64,000 nucleotides of DNA, taken from a virus. Its lineage: Duplodnaviria > Caudoviricetes. Under the pieces are notes generated by a model. The model was not told the origin of the DNA and made no database searches. It worked only from the letters and a program-made list of their open reading frames with translations. Each line of letters starts with the position of its first letter. Position 1 is the first letter of the stretch. Below are positions 59,565-64,000 of this stretch, piece by piece. The DNA lies in IMG/VR virus record IMGVR_UViG_3300049740_002155; one strand, 5' to 3'. The translations under genes and the position numbers were made by a program.

Positions 59565-60092
59565 TCAAGCACCTGTGCTTCCAAAACCACCGTTTCCTCG
59601 GTCTGTCTCTGACAATTCTTCTACGACTTCAAATTCAACTTTATGCGTTTCTGCAATTACAAGTTGTGCAATGCGTTCACCTTTTTTATATATCTTCTCC
59701 ATATTAACATTTGTTAACATAGGAACTTGGGTACAATGACCTTTAATTTTTGCATAAATATCTTCTGGTTGAGTAATATACTTAAAACGAATAAGTAACT
59801 CTCCACGATAACCTGCATCAATCAATCCAATTGAATTCGCAAGCATAAGATTTTTATTGCTGATACTACTTCTTGGAAAAATATTAGTATGATAAACTTT
59901 ATCATCAACACACGGTTCTATATACAAGTCTGTGTGGTATTGTATATAATCTATTCGTGACCAAGCCTGTGCTTCTTCGTCATATTCACCAGAAATTGCT
60001 GGATGTGATGATGCAACTAAATCATAACCCACATCGTATTGCGTTAAATTTTTTGGTACAATAGTTCCAGTATTTTTTATCTTAATTTTCAT
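59565..60092 (-). CDS. dut: trimeric dUTPase
   Basis: GYDL, PRSS, GLIDAGYRGE, RIAQL, RG.GGFGSTG. Confidence 0.95.
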   Translation of the reverse strand: MKIKIKNTGTIVPKNLTQYDVGYDLVASSHPAISGEYDEEAQAWSRIDYIQYHTDLYIEPCVDDKVYHTNIFPRSSISNKNLMLANSIGLIDAGYRGELLIRFKYITQPEDIYAKIKGHCTQVPMLTNVNMEKIYKKGERIAQLVIAETHKVEFEVVEELSETDRGNGGFGSTGA

Positions 60093-60558
60093 TTAGATAT
60101 AATACTGCATCTTCAAAGGTGTTGACAACCTTAATATTATTTTCTTTTGCTTCGTGTTCAAGCATCCCTCTCCAAAATTTAATTGTTGCCCACATATGAT
60201 TCTGATTTATTTCCAACAAATTTTGCTTATGTCGTTCTTCATCAATAGTTACAAGAACATCAGGTTTAATAGACCATTCCCAAAAACTTCTTGCACTCCA
60301 CACTTCTGGTATACTTAAAATTACATCATTTTCATTTGTATAATTCTCAAGAACTTTCCAAGAATCACGTGAAAACTGAACTGCGAGTTCATGTTCATCA
60401 ATTAAAGATGAAGAATATATTTTGTCGGAAAACTCTTTTTTGTCAAAATGAGATGGCCAACCAATTGCTTCTCCGATTATTTTATCACAATCTACGAAAT
60501 TAAGTGATTTACTATGATAGGTTTTTCCTGAATGTCTAACTGCTGATAATATTTTCAT
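60082..60558 (-). CDS. hypothetical protein, possible divergent P-loop kinase
   Basis: N-terminal AVRHSGKT followed by VDCD. Confidence 0.4.
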   Translation of the reverse strand: MKILSAVRHSGKTYHSKSLNFVDCDKIIGEAIGWPSHFDKKEFSDKIYSSSLIDEHELAVQFSRDSWKVLENYTNENDVILSIPEVWSARSFWEWSIKPDVLVTIDEERHKQNLLEINQNHMWATIKFWRGMLEHEAKENNIKVVNTFEDAVLYLNEN

Positions 60559-60895
60559 CTGGGTAATATTTGTTTATTAATTTTACGATAATATCTCCGT
60601 GACAAGGTTTGGGTTTGCACCAGCATCCTAATCGTTTTCCTTTTAATCCTTTAAGTGCTTCTAATAGTTTAGGAGACGATTCTAAATATTCCTCGTAACT
60701 TTGTATTGCTTCTGATTTGCTTCTGACTAAATACTTGGCAAGAGTTCCTTTTTTTGAGGAATACGGATTACCCCACAAAGAAGGCCTTCCAATATAAACA
60801 TCATATTCGGACTTTTTGCAATGTACTATTTGCGTTGTATTTGTTGTCGTTTCTAAGTTAGAATAAAATGATAAATTAACTGCTTTTTTTGTCAT
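60536..60895 (-). CDS. DUF4326-like protein
   Basis: VYIGRPS.WGNP, LKGKRLGCWCKPKPCHGD. Confidence 0.8.
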   Translation of the reverse strand: MTKKAVNLSFYSNLETTTNTTQIVHCKKSEYDVYIGRPSLWGNPYSSKKGTLAKYLVRSKSEAIQSYEEYLESSPKLLEALKGLKGKRLGCWCKPKPCHGDIIVKLINKYYPDENIISS

Positions 60896-61217
60896 CCAAA
60901 TCTATATCAGTATCTTTATCAAAATTTTCTATGTCGGTGAATAATTCTTTTACAAAATCAAACTCTAATTGCTGATTTTGGAATTCTGGTTGATTTACAT
61001 CTGCGTAACTTGTATTTGTTGGATTATTATTTTCATCAACAAATTCAAGGTGACCATCAAAATGAAATCCAGCACCTCTTAAAAACAATTCAAATGCATT
61101 TAATACTTCTCCAAGAGTTTCATCTGCGGTTGTATGTCTTGTTCTTGAAACAAGATTATCATCAGAATCTCTCCAAGTATAATCAAATGTGAATTTTGCT
61201 GTATTATCGTATTTCAT
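60876..61217 (-). CDS. hypothetical phage protein
   Basis: VLNAFELFLRGAGF motif; ATATTTAT-N6-ATG. Confidence 0.6.
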   Translation of the reverse strand: MKYDNTAKFTFDYTWRDSDDNLVSRTRHTTADETLGEVLNAFELFLRGAGFHFDGHLEFVDENNNPTNTSYADVNQPEFQNQQLEFDFVKELFTDIENFDKDTDIDLDDKKSS

Positions 61218-61259
61218 ATATACATAAATATATACACAATAATACCAAACGTAAAGTCT

Positions 61260-61469
61260 TTATTTTTTAGGAATCGTATGAATTGTAGATGCCTTTATTA
61301 TTAATTGCAAATATAATTGCAAAAATGCTACACCTAACCAATTCCATAATGTATATTCAATGTTCAATTGAAAAACAATATTGACCGACCAAATAAATCC
61401 AAGTGGTAAAATAATTAGACCAAGAATACCTGCAAGAAATGTTGCTAATTTAGTTGTATCTATTTCCAT
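61260..61469 (-). CDS. small two-TM membrane protein
   Basis: 69 aa, hydrophobic. Confidence 0.6.
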   Translation of the reverse strand: MEIDTTKLATFLAGILGLIILPLGFIWSVNIVFQLNIEYTLWNWLGVAFLQLYLQLIIKASTIHTIPKK

Positions 61470-61474
61470 CTGTA

Positions 61475-61765
61475 TTACTTTTTTATTTCACAAATTTTTT
61501 CATGCAACAATTTTACATCATCGCAAGTCATCCCAAATATTGCTTCAACCCCTTCGACCATTTTTGTAAAGTTTATGAGTGTACCAATTTCTCTTGGGTC
61601 ACCTTCGGATTCTGTTATTTTGTATTTTAGGTCCAGTGTATCATCCTGAACTTCTTCAAGTTTACACAATGTCATATGCTCGTACAACGCAACAAAGTCA
61701 TCAACGGAGCAAGTCGTTAAAAAGTCAAGAGACTCTTGTTCAATTCTATTTTCTTCGGAATCCAT
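61475..61765 (-). CDS. acidic hypothetical protein
   Basis: 96-aa ORF. Confidence 0.55.
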   Translation of the reverse strand: MDSEENRIEQESLDFLTTCSVDDFVALYEHMTLCKLEEVQDDTLDLKYKITESEGDPREIGTLINFTKMVEGVEAIFGMTCDDVKLLHEKICEIKK

Positions 61766-61823
61766 TTTTATTTTCTAGTTAAGGTTATGTATTTATATAA
61801 ATATATATTATAATCAACAAATG

Positions 61824-63050
61824 TCAATTCTTTTTCCAAATCCAAATTGGTTCTGCGAATGCAACATCTTTATTTTCTTCGGTAATTTCTTTGAGGTCTT
61901 CCGAGAAATATTCACTCTTGGCATTACCTGCTCCACCTGAATTAAATCGTTTCGTCATTTCCATTCCAACGCAACCAAGATATTCAAGACCTTGTGATTT
62001 AATAAAGTCATTCATTGGATTTGTGATTTCAACATAGTCGTTGATAGGAGCATTGAATACATCTGCAATGTTGATGGCAAGAATACCATTCTTCTTTATT
62101 GCCGGAATTATCTTACCGAGGGTGGTGTGAAGAAACTTCTCGTTCCAATCATCTATCTTTTTATATCGTACCCAAGATTGCGTATCATCTTCTGAATACT
62201 TTTCTGTATTAAAATAAGGTGGACTTGTAAACACCGTATCAAAGTAATTTTCATATTGGGAGTAATCTACGTCTTCGGCAGGACTTTCTATTAAGTCTGC
62301 TTTTCTATTCTGTTCAAAAAAGGTAGAATACTTTTCATAGAACTGAATTTGCTTTTGGTAATTAGGATGGTTAAGTGTATTGGGATCAATTCCAACATAA
62401 TGCTCTGTGGTTTCACCTGTATAAAATCCCGCTAATCTATCTCCCCAACCTGCACTAAAGTCTAATACGTTCTTGCTTTGAAAGTGATCATAAAATGCTT
62501 TTGCTACTGCTGGTTTGAATTGTGATGCGACATACTTACGAAGGGTCGTAGCAACACGAAGAGTATTAACATCAACACGATTAAGAACTTTATCCAATGT
62601 CCAATAAGCACGAACAATTGTTTTGATTCCTTTCACCGTCTGCCAAGTTTTCCAACCACTTGGTGTTCTTGTCCAGTCTACTTTCCAACGAGTTTCTACA
62701 TGAAATGGATTAGAAGCATTGTTACCCGAGTTGTTTCTTTTCAATAGAAACTGAGAATCTTTGTAGTTAAGGTGGTAGTTGCTTTTTCTTTCATTGCGAG
62801 GAAACCACTTTTTTTCTACAAGCACATCATTGTGCTTTATTCCTTTTAACTTGTTCAAACTATCAAGAGTTTGCTTATCCGTAATCTCGGGTAAAGGAGC
62901 AGGATATGTGTGTAATACTTTAGCAAGTTCTTCTACAACATCTTCTTTATCATACTTTTGCATGATATCTTTCCATTCATCTTCTTCAATTAGAAGGTAT
63001 GGTTTCATGTTGTAGAACTTTTTAAAATGTTCTTTTAAGTCAACACACAT
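61824..63050 (-). CDS. N4/N6 DNA methyltransferase-like protein
   Basis: VLDFSAGWGDRLAG (motif I), FTSPPYFNTEKY (motif IV). Confidence 0.85.
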   Translation of the reverse strand: MCVDLKEHFKKFYNMKPYLLIEEDEWKDIMQKYDKEDVVEELAKVLHTYPAPLPEITDKQTLDSLNKLKGIKHNDVLVEKKWFPRNERKSNYHLNYKDSQFLLKRNNSGNNASNPFHVETRWKVDWTRTPSGWKTWQTVKGIKTIVRAYWTLDKVLNRVDVNTLRVATTLRKYVASQFKPAVAKAFYDHFQSKNVLDFSAGWGDRLAGFYTGETTEHYVGIDPNTLNHPNYQKQIQFYEKYSTFFEQNRKADLIESPAEDVDYSQYENYFDTVFTSPPYFNTEKYSEDDTQSWVRYKKIDDWNEKFLHTTLGKIIPAIKKNGILAINIADVFNAPINDYVEITNPMNDFIKSQGLEYLGCVGMEMTKRFNSGGAGNAKSEYFSEDLKEITEENKDVAFAEPIWIWKKN

Positions 63051-63872
63051 TTAGTCAGAGTTTTCAATTTTATTTTGAGTAGACGTGACATCTGACTCCT
63101 TCAGTATTGATTCGGTTATCTCTTCAGGTTCGTCTTGGTGATCTGTGATTATAGTTTCGGAAAAACTTCCACTTGAATTTTTATCAGTACCCTGTTGTGC
63201 TTTTTTTAATTTATTTTCGTTGTGTGCTTTTAGTTTCTGTGTAATATAGTCATCAACTTCATCGTTGTTGCCACCTGGCATACCATTTACACTTTCTCCA
63301 TTGGCTGCTCTGATTATCGCTTGTTGAGATAAACCATCAGAGGTTTGTGCTCGTTTATTCATTTCAGGATACTGATCACCATATCGTGTTCTATCTACTA
63401 CTAAATCCTGTGGGGTGTTTTGTTTGGGTTTTATGTCGTTGGTTTTGTTTTTTGAATCTACTATCTGTACATTAGTTTGCTCTACAACTAAATTTGAGAT
63501 TGGATTCTTTTCAACTGACTTACTTTCTTCATTGATTGGTTCACTCTTTTTACTCAAGAGATCAGCAATTTCTTCTTTGGATACTTCGGATTTAGTAGAA
63601 TCGTTTGATTTAGTTATTATGTCATTTGAAGTAACTGATATAGTATCAAACTCAGAACCATCTTTTATTCTTTCTTTTGTTGACTGCTCAAGTTTTTTTT
63701 GAAACATTGACAAAAGTCCAGATGTATCGTTGAAACTTTTTTCATACTTTTCTTTGTCTGAGTTATGCTGTTGTTGTGCGTGTTTCATTGCATCTTGCTC
63801 AACGGAACTCGTATGCTCATTTTTATTTTGAGCAACTTTTTCAAAGTTTTGATCTAGGTTTTCAAATGACAT
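63051..63872 (-). CDS. acidic low-complexity hypothetical protein
   Basis: 273 aa; ATATTTAT-N5-ATG. Confidence 0.55.
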   Translation of the reverse strand: MSFENLDQNFEKVAQNKNEHTSSVEQDAMKHAQQQHNSDKEKYEKSFNDTSGLLSMFQKKLEQSTKERIKDGSEFDTISVTSNDIITKSNDSTKSEVSKEEIADLLSKKSEPINEESKSVEKNPISNLVVEQTNVQIVDSKNKTNDIKPKQNTPQDLVVDRTRYGDQYPEMNKRAQTSDGLSQQAIIRAANGESVNGMPGGNNDEVDDYITQKLKAHNENKLKKAQQGTDKNSSGSFSETIITDHQDEPEEITESILKESDVTSTQNKIENSD

Positions 63873-63911
63873 GGTATATAAATATGTATATACAAATCAA
63901 ATAATTTAGAA

Positions 63912-64000
63912 TTAATCAATTTTTTCAAATAGCAAAGTTGGTCTTCCAATTTCACCTTCTACTTTACCTGCTTGTTTTATTGTTCCGTTTTCCAATGCTT
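63912..64000 (-). CDS. partial CDS (3' end only)
   Basis: ...ALENGTIKQAGKVEGEIGRPTLLFEKID-stop. Confidence 0.5.
   Translation of the reverse strand, partial: ALENGTIKQAGKVEGEIGRPTLLFEKID

Noticed and set aside
60082-60558. Confident nucleotide kinase call
   Set aside because: Only a degenerate RHSGKT loop is visible; left as hypothetical.

Overview
About 30% GC, gene-dense DNA from a large T4-like (jumbo-type) lytic phage, not a bacterial chromosome. It carries a family-B DNA polymerase, sliding clamp, clamp loader, ATP-dependent ligase, dUTPase, DHFR, rIIA/rIIB-like genes, a Cas4/RecB-like nuclease, three amino-methyltransferases, an orphan MvaI/BcnI-type endonuclease and dozens of short ORFs behind sigma70-type promoters. 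Genes are mostly on + up to ~48.5 kb and all on - afterwards. Host-like cargo is unusually rich: polyprenyl synthase, cyclophilin, halogenase-like flavoprotein, NagB, di-heme planctomycete-type cytochrome c, ClpP, IF-1, DnaJ, DnaK, two different glutamate dehydrogenases, a cytidylyltransferase and an M29 aminopeptidase. The cargo and the canonical TTGACA/TATAAT promoters point (inference) to a PVC-superphylum host, probably a Verrucomicrobium. Best signals beyond gene names: (1) an ATATTTAT box 4-7 nt before many start codons with no Shine-Dalgarno, plus sigma70 -10 boxes 5-9 nt before ATG, suggesting a largely leaderless transcriptome in a phage that encodes IF-1; (2) strong window-wide avoidance of V-GC-B/RGCY tetramers that is lifted in a ~28.5-34.3 kb island built around a 1 kb symmetric non-coding repeat region; (3) a family of modular proteins sharing an MKKSELK..I.EE leader; (4) an 808-aa protein with three HExxH zincin modules. 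All product calls come from motif recognition by eye, all counts are manual, and no database search was run.
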